DNA of 64,000 nt from a phage, in NCBI GenBank assembly GCA_033664045.1, contig GCA_033664045.1_3674.1, one strand, 5' to 3'. A program made the position numbers and the translations under genes. Numbering within the stretch: position 1 is the first letter of the stretch; every line of letters starts with the position of its first letter. The notes under the pieces are model-generated. The model searched no databases. It saw only the letters and a list, made by a program, of their open reading frames with translations, and had not been told where the DNA came from. Of the stretch, positions 1-10,600 are shown in pieces.

Positions 1-2
1 GG

Positions 3-584
3 GCAGGGTTTGCTGCTGCCATCATGCTGGTAGTGAACGCCCTGACAAAAGGTTTTGTCATGGCATCTATGCTTGTAAAAACCTTCAAATTCCTTAGTTC
101 TATAAGAGGTGCAGCTGGAGCAGCAGGTGCAGGTGCAGCTACCACAGAAGGATCTGGTGGTGGTGCGGCAGGAAAAGGGGGAGGTGGCCTCAAGACACCT
201 GGTGGTAAAGTTGGCCTGCTTGGTAAGCTTGGTATTATCGGTACAATATTAAGCGCCGGGGAGTTATTTAATGACCGTTTCAACCCACTGAGTGAGAGAA
301 ATCAGCAACTGGATACTATCAGTGATATGATTCGCAAAGATATCATATCTGGAGGTAACGGGTTTGTTGATCCTTTGGACACCTTACCGGGAGGGACTCT
401 TCCGTTGCCAGGTGGCCCTGGTTTTGCTTCTCAATTAAGAACTATGGAAATGCTCCCTTTAGAGATTAGTGATGGTAAAATCACGATTTCAATAGATGAG
501 GGTGAGTTTAGCAAAATACTTGATGCAAAACTTGAGTGGGAGAACAACAAGGATATTAACTTTATGTCAACAGATCTTTGGTAA
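3..584 (+). CDS. structural protein, C-terminal fragment (Gly/Ala-rich; possibly tape-measure or tail protein); 5' end lies outside the window
   Basis: Frame is open from the window edge with no upstream stop; Gly/Ala-rich stretch plus hydrophobic segment LGKLGIIGTILSAG; followed by a terminator. Confidence 0.3.
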   Translation, partial: AGFAAAIMLVVNALTKGFVMASMLVKTFKFLSSIRGAAGAAGAGAATTEGSGGGAAGKGGGGLKTPGGKVGLLGKLGIIGTILSAGELFNDRFNPLSERNQQLDTISDMIRKDIISGGNGFVDPLDTLPGGTLPLPGGPGFASQLRTMEMLPLEISDGKITISIDEGEFSKILDAKLEWENNKDINFMSTDLW

Positions 585-596
585 TAAGCAGCACAC

Positions 597-623
597 AGGG
601 GGCTCCGGCCCCCTTTATTTTAT
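597..623 (+). terminator. rho-independent terminator (GC stem, TCCG loop, T-run)
   Basis: agggggcTCCGgccccct followed by ttattttat, immediately after the stop at 582-584. Confidence 0.6.
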
Positions 624-628
624 CGGTG

Positions 629-657
629 TTGTAAAAACGGCTATTTTATGATACAAT
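629..657 (+). promoter_or_regulatory. sigma70-like promoter TTGTAA-N17-TACAAT with extended -10 TG
   Basis: Hexamers at 629-634 and 652-657 with TG at 649-650, about 35 nt upstream of the ATG at 691. Confidence 0.5.
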
Positions 658-690
658 ATTTAGATGGTATCGGAGTGTCCTGGAGAGGTT

Positions 691-1575
691 ATGCCAAGCA
701 ATATAGTTGATGAAAAAGACCTGTACAAGCCTCAAGAGGTTAAATCTCCAAAGGCTGAAAAGGCAGAGCAGCAAACTGAAAGCGATGTAAAGTACACTAT
801 GTTTGTCAGTGGTCTTAACTATGGTGGTCGCAATACGGAGATGAAGGGTAAAAACTTTACTAACGATCTTGCCATCATCTTCGATCAGATTGAGAATTAC
901 TCTTTCAAACATTCTGTTGATAAGACTGATTTTGCGGTGGAAGATAAATCTACCCTGTCAGACCACGCTGTAATTAAAGATGGTGTATTTTCTTTTACTG
1001 GTAGGGTAAATACATCACCACATATAATCTATGAGCAAAACTACATTGACAGGAATACTGACTCTAAAAACCCTGCAGCATCTATGCGACCGGGCGCTGC
1101 ACTGGAGGCTTTGACTGAGATTATCAATAAACGACAGTTGGTTTCTTTGGTTACCGAAGAGAGACTTCTTGAGAACTACATTATAACCAGCCTTTCTGCC
1201 AGCAAGTCTGTTGGTGAAGGTGCTGCAATGGTTTTTGATGTAGAACTTACAGAGTTCCGCACATTCTACTTGAACAAGGTAGTTAATGCAACTGTATACA
1301 GCAATCCTAAGAAAGTAGGCAAGACCCAACAAAAAGGTGCTGTCAACGACTGTAAGAATGGTAGTAACGTAGGTAACAAGAGGGACACAGGAGCATTCGC
1401 AGACACAGCATCCACAAATGCTGCAGAGGAGTGGCAGCCATACAAATCTATGATGTGGACAGATGAAAACGGTGTTACCCAATCGGCTGCGGATTGGTAT
1501 TATCAGGAATATGGAAGACCTTCTACCATAGTCCCATCTGAGCAGGGGAACTACAACAAAGTTAACGGGAAATAA
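691..1575 (+). CDS. hypothetical virion structural protein
   Basis: Track ORF 664-1575 trimmed to Met10, which is preceded by GGAGAGG; no motif recognised. Confidence 0.5.
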   Translation: MPSNIVDEKDLYKPQEVKSPKAEKAEQQTESDVKYTMFVSGLNYGGRNTEMKGKNFTNDLAIIFDQIENYSFKHSVDKTDFAVEDKSTLSDHAVIKDGVFSFTGRVNTSPHIIYEQNYIDRNTDSKNPAASMRPGAALEALTEIINKRQLVSLVTEERLLENYIITSLSASKSVGEGAAMVFDVELTEFRTFYLNKVVNATVYSNPKKVGKTQQKGAVNDCKNGSNVGNKRDTGAFADTASTNAAEEWQPYKSMMWTDENGVTQSAADWYYQEYGRPSTIVPSEQGNYNKVNGK

Positions 1576-1587
1576 GGGGAGCGTATA

Positions 1588-1968
1588 ATGGAGCTTAAAG
1601 ATTGGTGCATAATCACCTTTGTGTGGGACATTGACGGCTTTCCTGATCAAACCATGCGTGTTGTTTTAGACAATGAAACGTATGAAATGCGTATGCAATG
1701 GAATGAGAGGGATGAGTCCTGGTGGTTATCTCTTGGTCCAGTAGGTGACAGCCCTTTAGTAACCAGAAAAGTAACAGCTTGTCAAGATATTTTAGACGGA
1801 CTGCATTACAGAGATGATTTACCGAAAGGTAGACTGATGGCGCTGTCGTTTAAAGACGATCAATATTGGGGCAGGGTTGGAAGATATAACCTTGGGGCGA
1901 GATCTGAGCTACAACTTGTATACGGCACCCCAGTTGATCTTTACAAGGAACAGCAAGGGTTAGAATAA
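1588..1968 (+). CDS. hypothetical tail/baseplate protein
   Basis: ORF with RBS AAGGGGAG; stop overlaps the next start (TAATG). Confidence 0.45.
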   Translation: MELKDWCIITFVWDIDGFPDQTMRVVLDNETYEMRMQWNERDESWWLSLGPVGDSPLVTRKVTACQDILDGLHYRDDLPKGRLMALSFKDDQYWGRVGRYNLGARSELQLVYGTPVDLYKEQQGLE

Positions 1969-2972
1969 TGGCAGAGTACAGACGTAGAACATGGCGATTA
2001 TTGTTTGGTCGTCCTGTAGAACATGGCGGTAAATCAAAAACCAATATCCCAAAATCTGTTGAAAAGAAAGGGGAGAGTGATTCCGGAGTTTATGAAGTTA
2101 GCTCAGACACTGGTGCTGCCAATATAGAGTTTGACATACAAAAGGACAATACCAAAGAGCCAAACAAAGGTTATGTGACAGTTTACAACCTGTCTGACGA
2201 TACAGTTAACTATTTGGATATGCATCAGGCTGATGCCCTTGCAGTTATGTTTGAAGCTGGCTATGATAATGAGAACCAGTTGATATTCTCTGGAACTGTA
2301 GAGTTTGTTGAAGACAGGTGGGAAGGTCCGACCAGAAAAACTAAGTTCATCTTTGGGGATGGCACTGAGAACATCATTAAGTGCCAAAGCACAAGATCTT
2401 ATCAGAAAGGCACACCTCTGAACTCTGTGCTTAATGACCTACTGAAGGATATGAACTTGCCAAAAGGTAGGGTTGTTGGTTTTGGAAACCAGACTTTGCA
2501 ATACTCTATGGCTTTCTCTGGAAACACTGCAGAGAACCTCCGCAGGTTTGCAAGGCTGACCAACTCAACATTTAGCGTTCAGGATGGGGCTTTGTATTGG
2601 ACCAAGGTTGGAAAAAGGTTCAAAGACTCTGTGTTTGAAATAAGTGCAGAGTCTGGGATGCACGGATCTCCTACCCCTAAAAACCCAGAACCTGCTAAAA
2701 AACGAAAAGCTAAAGCTGCTGCCAAAGGTGGTTCGACATCTAAAAAGAAAAAGAAAAACCCGAGAGAGGATGTTGGCCTTACTGTAACCACATGCCTTAA
2801 CGGAGCTATCCTCCCAGAGTCCACCATTTATCTTAAAAGCAAGCAATATACAGGCTTCTATAAAGTGATCACGGTGCATCATAAGGGCACCATAGAAGGT
2901 GGTGATTACACTACAGAGCTTGGCCTTGGAGAAACAGTGGGTGGAGTTGTTGACAAAACTGAGGAGGTATAA
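1968..2972 (+). CDS. hypothetical structural protein (possible baseplate hub) with Lys-rich segment
   Basis: ORF coupled by TAATG at both ends; contains KKRKAKAAAKGGSTSKKKKK; functional call is positional only. Confidence 0.45.
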   Translation: MAEYRRRTWRLLFGRPVEHGGKSKTNIPKSVEKKGESDSGVYEVSSDTGAANIEFDIQKDNTKEPNKGYVTVYNLSDDTVNYLDMHQADALAVMFEAGYDNENQLIFSGTVEFVEDRWEGPTRKTKFIFGDGTENIIKCQSTRSYQKGTPLNSVLNDLLKDMNLPKGRVVGFGNQTLQYSMAFSGNTAENLRRFARLTNSTFSVQDGALYWTKVGKRFKDSVFEISAESGMHGSPTPKNPEPAKKRKAKAAAKGGSTSKKKKKNPREDVGLTVTTCLNGAILPESTIYLKSKQYTGFYKVITVHHKGTIEGGDYTTELGLGETVGGVVDKTEEV

Positions 2973-3649
2973 TGGCAATAAATAGGAAAGATGCTGCTGT
3001 AAGATCCTTCATAGAAAAAATAATGAGGGACTACCACACCAGTATCAGGGCCAGAGTTGTCAGTGTAGACTACAGTATCCCTTCTGCAGCCGTGCAGCCA
3101 ATAGCTGAAACCACGTTTGATGACGGGGATGTAGAGAGATACCCTCTTATCTATGACGTTCCAATTCAGGTGATGTCTGCAAACAGCGGAAAGGCAAGGT
3201 TAACACTCCCTATTAAGGCTGGAGATGTTGTAGGATTGCAGTTTTCAGAGAGAAATGAAAACAATAACGACGATCAACAAACTCACGGTCTGTTTCCGGG
3301 GTGGGCAATAACCTCTGTTCATTCAGACTCAAACGCTTTACAGATCGATCCTGATAACGTAGAGTTATGGAATGATAGGGTTTATTTTAAACTGACACCT
3401 TCTGGAGATTTTGAGCTTCAAACACCTGGTGGGACACTACGGTGCGACAGCAGCGGGGAGTTTTCTTTCACTAACGGGGCTGCCAATTTGCGAGCTGCTG
3501 TGGATGGAAATATCAGAATGAATGGTGCCACAATAGACCCATCTGGTAGAATTATAACTGCTGCTGGCGTGGATTTGGATTCATTCTATGCAGAATATAA
3601 AGGTCATACCCACTCTTGTCCTGATGGCGAGACAAGTGGACCGCACTAA
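2972..3649 (+). CDS. baseplate central spike-like protein (gpV/gp5-type N-terminal fold suspected)
   Basis: N-terminal region RARVVSVDYS...AGDVVGLQF resembles the P2 gpV-type pattern from memory; His/Cys-containing C-terminus. Confidence 0.4.
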   Translation: MAINRKDAAVRSFIEKIMRDYHTSIRARVVSVDYSIPSAAVQPIAETTFDDGDVERYPLIYDVPIQVMSANSGKARLTLPIKAGDVVGLQFSERNENNNDDQQTHGLFPGWAITSVHSDSNALQIDPDNVELWNDRVYFKLTPSGDFELQTPGGTLRCDSSGEFSFTNGAANLRAAVDGNIRMNGATIDPSGRIITAAGVDLDSFYAEYKGHTHSCPDGETSGPH

Positions 3650-3661
3650 TAGAGGGCTTTC

Positions 3662-4378
3662 ATGGCTACGCTTTATAGTGATATATTGATGGACCCACAG
3701 ACAGGCGATTTGGCGATAGACAAAGGTCTTGAGTTGATAGATTCAAACCAGGTAAGTCTGCGCCAGCGCTTGTGGATGAGGTTTAATACGTGGAAGGGGA
3801 GCTGGTACTTTGACGAGCTGTTTGGCTTCCCTTATATGGACTTTCTCAGCAAGAAGGTCATGAAGACTGTTCTTGATAACAAGATCATGGAAGTAGCAAG
3901 ACAAGAGCCGGATGTGCTAAACATCATAAACTTCCAGTCTACCATGGATCGAAGATCGAGAACATACCAAGCGTTCTTTGAGGTTGTTACCAAAGAGAAC
4001 GAGATTGTAAGGCTGGCTTTCGTAGGTCTTGATCAGTTCACATACCCACAGCCTGATTCTGGGACAACCTCTCTCTGTGATGATGAGGGTTGGATTAAGT
4101 GGGCTAATAAACTGTACTATCTGATCAACTTCAGATTACCTAGAACCGGAGATGCCACATGGTGGAACCAGTATGCTGGTCCTGAGATGGAAAACCCGAT
4201 CCCTGTAGGTTCTCTGTTGACTCAGGATAAAGATCTGCTGATGACCGAGGCAGAACAAACCATTAACCGCAATACCTGGACGCTTGCTCCAGATGAGCGC
4301 GAATACTCTGGTGTTATTGCTACCTCTAATGATGAGGCTATTGCCAACCAGTCTGGTCGTGCTATTGATGTTAACTAA
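3662..4378 (+). CDS. putative baseplate protein
   Basis: ORF with RBS in the structural block; no firm motif. Confidence 0.35.
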   Translation: MATLYSDILMDPQTGDLAIDKGLELIDSNQVSLRQRLWMRFNTWKGSWYFDELFGFPYMDFLSKKVMKTVLDNKIMEVARQEPDVLNIINFQSTMDRRSRTYQAFFEVVTKENEIVRLAFVGLDQFTYPQPDSGTTSLCDDEGWIKWANKLYYLINFRLPRTGDATWWNQYAGPEMENPIPVGSLLTQDKDLLMTEAEQTINRNTWTLAPDEREYSGVIATSNDEAIANQSGRAIDVN

Positions 4379-4387
4379 GGAGAAATC

Positions 4388-5056
4388 ATGGCTGTAGCTT
4401 ATCCTACAATACCAATTCCAGATCTTGAAGATGCAGAAACAGTCCTGAGTGATGACTTCTTGGTTGTCAACCAGACTGATGGGACAAGAAAGGCTAAGAT
4501 TGACGATGTTGTCAACGATCTTAGCATTACTAAGATAGTCTATTTCACAGAGGGTGGTTATCTTAAGAGCAAGAAGGACTTTGCTTATGACCCAGAAACT
4601 AAGCGCTACTACACGTGGAACGGGGATTATCCTAAAATAATCCTCCCAGACTCCACTGTAGAGGGTGCTGGAGGTGTGTCTGCAAATGCCTGGTCTGTTT
4701 TTGGTGAGCTTGCTGCAACTTCTTCTGGTAGAATAGTTGATTACGGATCTATCGGTGGTCAGCTTGATATGGATCTTGAAGTTGCGGATACCTTTAAGGT
4801 TCGACTAACTTCAAATACCACAATCTCTTTTGAAAATCAAACAGAAGGTCTTGAAGGGGTGGCGAGAACTATAACCGTATGCATTACTCAGACCTCTGGC
4901 GGCAACAAAGTCTATTGGCCTGGTAATGTTAAATGGTCCTACGGAAGAGATCCTATCCTAACATTTACAGCTGGTGCAACAGACATTTTCAAGTTGGAAA
5001 CCTACGACAACGGGTTAACTTGGTACGGAGCACTGATTATCGCAGGAGCTATCTAA
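4388..5056 (+). CDS. tail fiber/baseplate-associated protein with conserved N-terminal anchor domain
   Basis: N-terminus (DDFLVVNQTDGTRKAKIDDVV...FTEGGYL...DFAY) is paralogous to the N-terminus of the 7691-11491 protein; RBS AAGGAGA. Confidence 0.5.
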   Translation: MAVAYPTIPIPDLEDAETVLSDDFLVVNQTDGTRKAKIDDVVNDLSITKIVYFTEGGYLKSKKDFAYDPETKRYYTWNGDYPKIILPDSTVEGAGGVSANAWSVFGELAATSSGRIVDYGSIGGQLDMDLEVADTFKVRLTSNTTISFENQTEGLEGVARTITVCITQTSGGNKVYWPGNVKWSYGRDPILTFTAGATDIFKLETYDNGLTWYGALIIAGAI

Positions 5057-5057
5057 G

Positions 5058-7655
5058 ATGCGTATTCAACACAACATTGATAACGTATTTCAGATGATTG
5101 AGGGGCACAGGAAGTGCCTCGATAACAACACAGGTATTACCAATACCCCTACACAAAATAAGCTAGTAAACCCTGATGGTCTTATAGCTGCAGGGTGGGC
5201 AGGTAATAAGATAAATAATGATTGGGCAATGCATGAGTCCCAAGCTGTGTTGATTCTGGGATACATTGAAGCATACAGGGCATCGAAAAGCGATTTCTAT
5301 CTGGATAGGGCAAAAGATGCTTGGGAAGCTTACAATAGTCATCTTCTGGGTGCATATGCAGTAGAAAGTAAAATGCAAAGATTGTCCCACTACCCACTAT
5401 CCACAGATGGGGTTCCATCACATGGTGGGTTTAAAGATGTAGTGGTGTCTTTTACCAACGGTAGAGGAAAAATCCCAGCTGGATCTCCGACATGGGGTGA
5501 ATACCTAGACAAGGCATTCCAAGCGTATAACGGTGTGCTAGGAAGAAACACTGTAGACTCTGATGTTTACGGCGGCACAGATGCTAACCCAAATTGGACA
5601 ACATCTGGATTAAGTTGGTGGGTTGAGTGGTATATAGCATGGGATGGTAACCGCTATTGGGCCAACGGTAGCATAGCAGACAGTGGTCATACGTCGGCAG
5701 AGTTCGGCACAATCCAACTGCAGGATAAGGGTGTTACAGGCAGCCATAAGGTAACCTACTGTGTGAGATTGCCACAAGAGCAGGGTGGTTCAGTGATACC
5801 TGCTGGATCCCCTGTAATTGTAAATCCTATAAATGTGGTTGCAGACAATCAAGCCCCAGAGTTGGGCGGGGAAGAAATGTGGTGTGACGCTTGTTATCAA
5901 CTCTACACCTTAACAGGTGAGGAAAAGTATTACACAGCGTTTAAGCAGTCTTACAACAAGCTGCTTAATTTCAGCGATATAAATGCCTACGACAAACTGT
6001 TTAGAAAGACCACGTTAATTAAGGCACCGTTCACAGATGGTACTTGTCTCGTCGCAGGAACAGTTCCTGTCATGAGCAGGGACAGTGACGGGTATATCAA
6101 TTTTAGAATGAACGCACGTCAGCCTTGCGAAATAATTCAAAAAGGGACTACATACAAGATAGGCAGAGATGCTGAAATTGTTATGAATTTCGGAGGAGAA
6201 GGGGTTCTGTTCCAGCCACACTTCATCCTTAATGATGGTAACAATAACAAAAAACAGTATAGGATAGGGGTCCCTTTTGGAGGGTCAGAGGTAACAGAGA
6301 CAGTTGCCAAGGTTACTGATTTCGTAGAGGTGGTTGGTAAAGACGGTAATCCGTATCTCTTGCCAAAAGAGGAAAACATTGCCGTAAGCGGTGGCGCTAG
6401 TGTTAGTATGCAGTATGATACCGACATTTATAACCACTCCGACAACTTCACCCGTTGCAACATAGCAAGAGGCAAGGTAACTTTCAATTTTGGAAGAGAG
6501 ATTTCTTTAAACTCAGTAACTTATCGCTCAGATGATGAGATGGTAAGGGCCAAATTCCTTGACAAAGACCGTTGGTTATGGTATGCTGATCTATATGCCA
6601 CTAACGGACAATGGGTAACAGAAACTCTTACCCTAGGTGATTTTAAACTAGACCCAACACAACCTCATCACACAGAAGATGAGATTAAACCTTTCTTTGC
6701 TAATCCTAAAGGAATTACCTCTGTAGATTTCAGTCTGAGCGACAGGCAGATAGGCAATGGCTTGTTCGATCTGTATTGCGTCAACACGCTGCCGCAATTT
6801 TATGTTGCAGATAGGGATGCTTATCTGATCTGGTTTAGTGTATGGATGGCAAGTAAGACAGAATCAACAGCCAAAGTTGGTGATTGCTATGTCAGAAACT
6901 ACAAGCAAGGTGCATACAGGTACACACCGGGTGTATTCCCTGCCGGAAAGGTGATAGATAAGGAAAACTATCTCTTAGAGGAAAAGCCAAATTGGCCCTA
7001 CCCTGGCATGCAATACCCAGCAGTCTACTGCATGGGTGCAGAAAACATAGATCGCCATAGGTTGTCAAATACAATAGGCTTTCTGTATGATGCTCAAGTC
7101 TGGTATAATAATACATTTAAGACAGAGGGTCCAGTTGCCTCACGTTATGTATGGCAGAGAGGTAATGAGGGGTTGACTGGTTGGTGGGAGATGGTAGATA
7201 ACTCTAAACTCCAATCAAGAGCCTTTGTTGCTGCGTGCCGCACACTGTACGAGCTTAAGAAACATAAAGAACCTGTTGACGAAAGACTGTTCCTGTTCTG
7301 CCAGAAATGGGCATGGTTCCTCAACAGATTCCAGTCATCTCATTCAGGAAATCTGCCTACAGACTTTAACACCTCTGGGGGATATTCTTATCAAGACAGA
7401 GGGGACAGGATGTGGGTGGTAGGTGAATGGCTTGCAGGTTGCTGCTGGCTAGGTCTGTGCGGGTATTCAGAGACAATACCTCAAATAGATATTGTTGTAG
7501 AAGCCTGCGTGAAGCTACTGCAAAAGCACCACTTCATCAATGGGGATAATGTTTTAAACGGCTGCTGGGCAGTTTCTGATCCGGTGGGCTATCACTCTGG
7601 CGAAATCCTTCGCGGTCTGGGCCTTTATGCTCAATACCGTGGATTGTACCTTTAA
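5058..7655 (+). CDS. large tail-associated protein (865 aa; possible receptor-binding or enzymatic spike)
   Basis: Own RBS GCAGGAG 9 nt upstream, starting 1 nt after the previous stop; Trp/Gly/Asn-rich; no anchor domain. Confidence 0.4.
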   Translation: MRIQHNIDNVFQMIEGHRKCLDNNTGITNTPTQNKLVNPDGLIAAGWAGNKINNDWAMHESQAVLILGYIEAYRASKSDFYLDRAKDAWEAYNSHLLGAYAVESKMQRLSHYPLSTDGVPSHGGFKDVVVSFTNGRGKIPAGSPTWGEYLDKAFQAYNGVLGRNTVDSDVYGGTDANPNWTTSGLSWWVEWYIAWDGNRYWANGSIADSGHTSAEFGTIQLQDKGVTGSHKVTYCVRLPQEQGGSVIPAGSPVIVNPINVVADNQAPELGGEEMWCDACYQLYTLTGEEKYYTAFKQSYNKLLNFSDINAYDKLFRKTTLIKAPFTDGTCLVAGTVPVMSRDSDGYINFRMNARQPCEIIQKGTTYKIGRDAEIVMNFGGEGVLFQPHFILNDGNNNKKQYRIGVPFGGSEVTETVAKVTDFVEVVGKDGNPYLLPKEENIAVSGGASVSMQYDTDIYNHSDNFTRCNIARGKVTFNFGREISLNSVTYRSDDEMVRAKFLDKDRWLWYADLYATNGQWVTETLTLGDFKLDPTQPHHTEDEIKPFFANPKGITSVDFSLSDRQIGNGLFDLYCVNTLPQFYVADRDAYLIWFSVWMASKTESTAKVGDCYVRNYKQGAYRYTPGVFPAGKVIDKENYLLEEKPNWPYPGMQYPAVYCMGAENIDRHRLSNTIGFLYDAQVWYNNTFKTEGPVASRYVWQRGNEGLTGWWEMVDNSKLQSRAFVAACRTLYELKKHKEPVDERLFLFCQKWAWFLNRFQSSHSGNLPTDFNTSGGYSYQDRGDRMWVVGEWLAGCCWLGLCGYSETIPQIDIVVEACVKLLQKHHFINGDNVLNGCWAVSDPVGYHSGEILRGLGLYAQYRGLYL

Positions 7656-7658
7656 CAT

Positions 7659-7679
7659 AGGGGGCTGTTTGCCCCCTTT
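7659..7679 (+). other. intergenic hairpin (weak terminator or RNA-stability element)
   Basis: gggggcTGTTTgccccc followed by only ttt, then the RBS. Confidence 0.3.
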
Positions 7680-7690
7680 CAGGAGAAAGA

Positions 7691-10600
7691 ATGGCTGATA
7701 TTAAAGTTGTCAGAATTGAATCTCTTCCTGCCACTACCGCAGTGACAGAGGATGATTACCTGGTTGTTCAACAACCAGACCTGACCCGTCGTGTAAAAAT
7801 TGGCGATGTTGTCCATGTGGATGGGACTGTTTCTCATGTAATCTCCTTTAAGGAAGGTGGTAAGTTAAACGGCCCAATGGATTTTGCCTACTTCGAAGAG
7901 GAAGACCTCTACCTGCGTTGGAAAGGCGAATTTCCACACACTGTTCCTGCACTGTCTTCACCATACTCCGATGGCGGGATTACTGACGCTGCATGGATGG
8001 TATATACAGATCCGTCCTTAAGGGAGGAGCTGGAATCTACCATTGGCGCATCTATGATCATGACAGCCGAAGGGCAGTCTGTCCAGGATGTGATGGATGT
8101 TACTGTTCAGACAGCTAACGATGCTAAAGCGCTTGCACAGCGTGTAGATTTTGGTACAGTGCACACTGTAGGTGATGTTATCCACCTCGATAACTTTGTT
8201 GGCCCTGCAGTTATTGAAGAGGGAAGAACCACCAACTATCCTTCTGTAGCAGCTGGTGAAAAATTTCTGAACGGTGTGGTATCTCGTCGTGATACTACAA
8301 CTGTTGATGGTATTTTCCGTGGCGCTACCTCCGGAGCAATGTATACCATCGCAGTAACCAACGGTGTAGCGACAACAAAAAGAATAGCACTTCGTGATGA
8401 ATTTAAACGCCTGGAGGCAAACAACCCAACAAGAACAGTTATCCGTGCTGGAGATGATTTAAACACGGCAGGGTACTTGCAGCTTGATGCAACAGGTCGT
8501 TGGGGTATGTGGAACCAACAAACAGCTTCTTGGCAACCTCTTGCTATAGAGCAAGGCGGTACAGGGGCCAGAGATGCCGCTGGAGTCCGTATCAATATCG
8601 GGGCTTTCTATAAGCAACGTGCAGCCCTTGAGCCAAATTTCAATATCAATAATTTGACTGGTAATCAGGATGGTGTATACTACCAGCCGATGACTGCTTA
8701 TGCAACTGAGGCAAATGGTTACCCTGCAGGTTCTGGTGCTGGTCACTTGATTGTTTGGCAGAACAATGCTAACGGCGGTACAGGTTGTCGTCAGGAATAC
8801 TATCCATTCTCTAACGTAGATGTTTGGTATTTGAGAACCTATCAGGCCAACACAAATCAGTGGACTGCATGGCAGCCGATGGTCAGACCTCGTAACGATG
8901 ATACCTTCAGATCTCATATTGGCCTTGGTAAAAACAACTCGCCAGCCTTCGGGCACCTTTACCTAGCTCAATACTCGGGAGATGTTAAATCGGCCTCAGG
9001 TATTCTCCATGGAGATAAATATAATACTGACGGTGTCCTTGAGCATGGATATAGGATCTATTCTGAGGTAAGAAACGACAATAAGGCTTGGTTGACAATC
9101 CACCTGCACAAAGGCGCAAAAGGATCTGAAACTCATAGATATTTAGGCTTCCGTGAGGATGGGGTCTTAGATTGTCCTAAATATATGCAGGTTGGTGATC
9201 TGAACGGTCAGCTGGCAAACTGGGGACTTGGAGAATGGATCCGCAGTTCAGGAGCAGAAAGAGGTTTCTGGGGATCTAAGAAAGCCGCCAAGATGGTTGT
9301 CTGGGATGGTGGGATGGACGAATCCGGTAACGGCACTCTGGAATGGGGTGTTTATAACAACCGGAAGGCCAAGTGGGAACCTTTACCTCAAGCCGCAGGT
9401 GGTACTGGGGCTACAACTTTAGCAGATGCTCAGAATCTGTTCAAAGTCCCTATAGCAGCAGGTGTGAAAGACTTCTTAACACTGCCAAGAACCGCAGGGA
9501 TGGAAGATGGGAAATACTACCCAATCATCGTTAGAACAGATCCGTATTACGCCCCTTCGACAGGTACAGATATTACCATAGTTACCAGATCGTCATCTGG
9601 AAATGACCCTATGAACTGTGCGACCTTACAGTGTCACTATAGAACTGGTGGTTGGACAGACAGAGGAGACTCTTTCTACGGGGTAGTAAATTTCTACCAG
9701 AATGAAAAAGCACTTCTTGGGATGGTTGCTCCAACAAGGGGTAAACAAGAATATGTTGCTTTCTATGTGGAGGCTCGTGCCTTCCCTGTCAGCATATACG
9801 CAAGTAGAAATGTTATCGAAGTGTTTACCAGAGAGCAAGATTACCAGGTTGGCTCTGTAACAGACAATCAGGATGGGGTTAAGTTCGTTGCACCTCTTCA
9901 GTCAGCAGATTTGAATCTTGCTGTTCTAGGAGATAACAACACCAATACCAGACCTATTGTTGACTTCAAAGGTACTTCAGGGTTCTACACTGGCGGCGGC
10001 ACACAGTGGCACTATATAGGCACTGCTGAACGCTATGCTGTGATGAGCAAAATGAATATGCCAAAAGTCGAGCTATGGGCAGACGGTCTTGACTATTTGT
10101 GCTACGGCAGTCCTAGAAAGGCGTTATTCTCTAATGCAGGATTCCAGTGTGCATCAGATGGGACAGAGGATCTGACTAACGGTACGTTTACCTCTAAATG
10201 CGGTAATGGTGCTGGTCTCAAAGGTCAGGCAGAGTTCAGATCTACTCCGGAAGCGGGTCAAGTTATTGTTCGCGATGTTGTAGGCACAGCTCATAGATTC
10301 TACAACTTCAACAAGGATGGTACTTTCTCAGCTCCTGGCGGTTTTGTATGTCATACTGGTGCAGACTGGAACAACCAGTTTGGGCCTAACAACCCTTCTA
10401 AAATAATGGCAGGCAATGTCAACGGACCTGAAGGATCGATGGTTGTTGGTGGGTTGTCTGTGGCGTTTTCTGGAAACTATGCCTTCCAAATGGCTGGTCG
10501 CCTTGATCAGTTATATACCAGATCTATCGAGGGTGGTAACCATAGGGCATGGAACAAGGTTATACAGCACAGAGGACAGGGTCTTGGGACAAACGACCTT

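Noticed and set aside
24-584. Track start at Met24 for the first ORF
   Set aside because: The reading frame is open to the window edge with no in-frame stop, so the gene continues upstream; treated as a 3' fragment.
1015-1650. Antisense ORFs inside large genes (for example 1015-1650, 11831-12523, 12752-13225, 26690-27454, 27785-28624, 51527-52216 on the minus strand; 36908-37396, 38477-38785 on the plus strand)
   Set aside because: They lie entirely within better-supported genes on the opposite strand, lack RBSs, and have low-complexity or Cys/Leu-biased translations typical of spurious reverse-frame ORFs.
4388-7655. Possible frameshift or fusion joining ORF 4388-5056 to ORF 5058-7655 into one tailspike
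   Set aside because: The downstream ORF has its own well-spaced RBS (GCAGGAG) and ATG 1 nt after a clean TAA; no slippery heptamer was seen at the junction.
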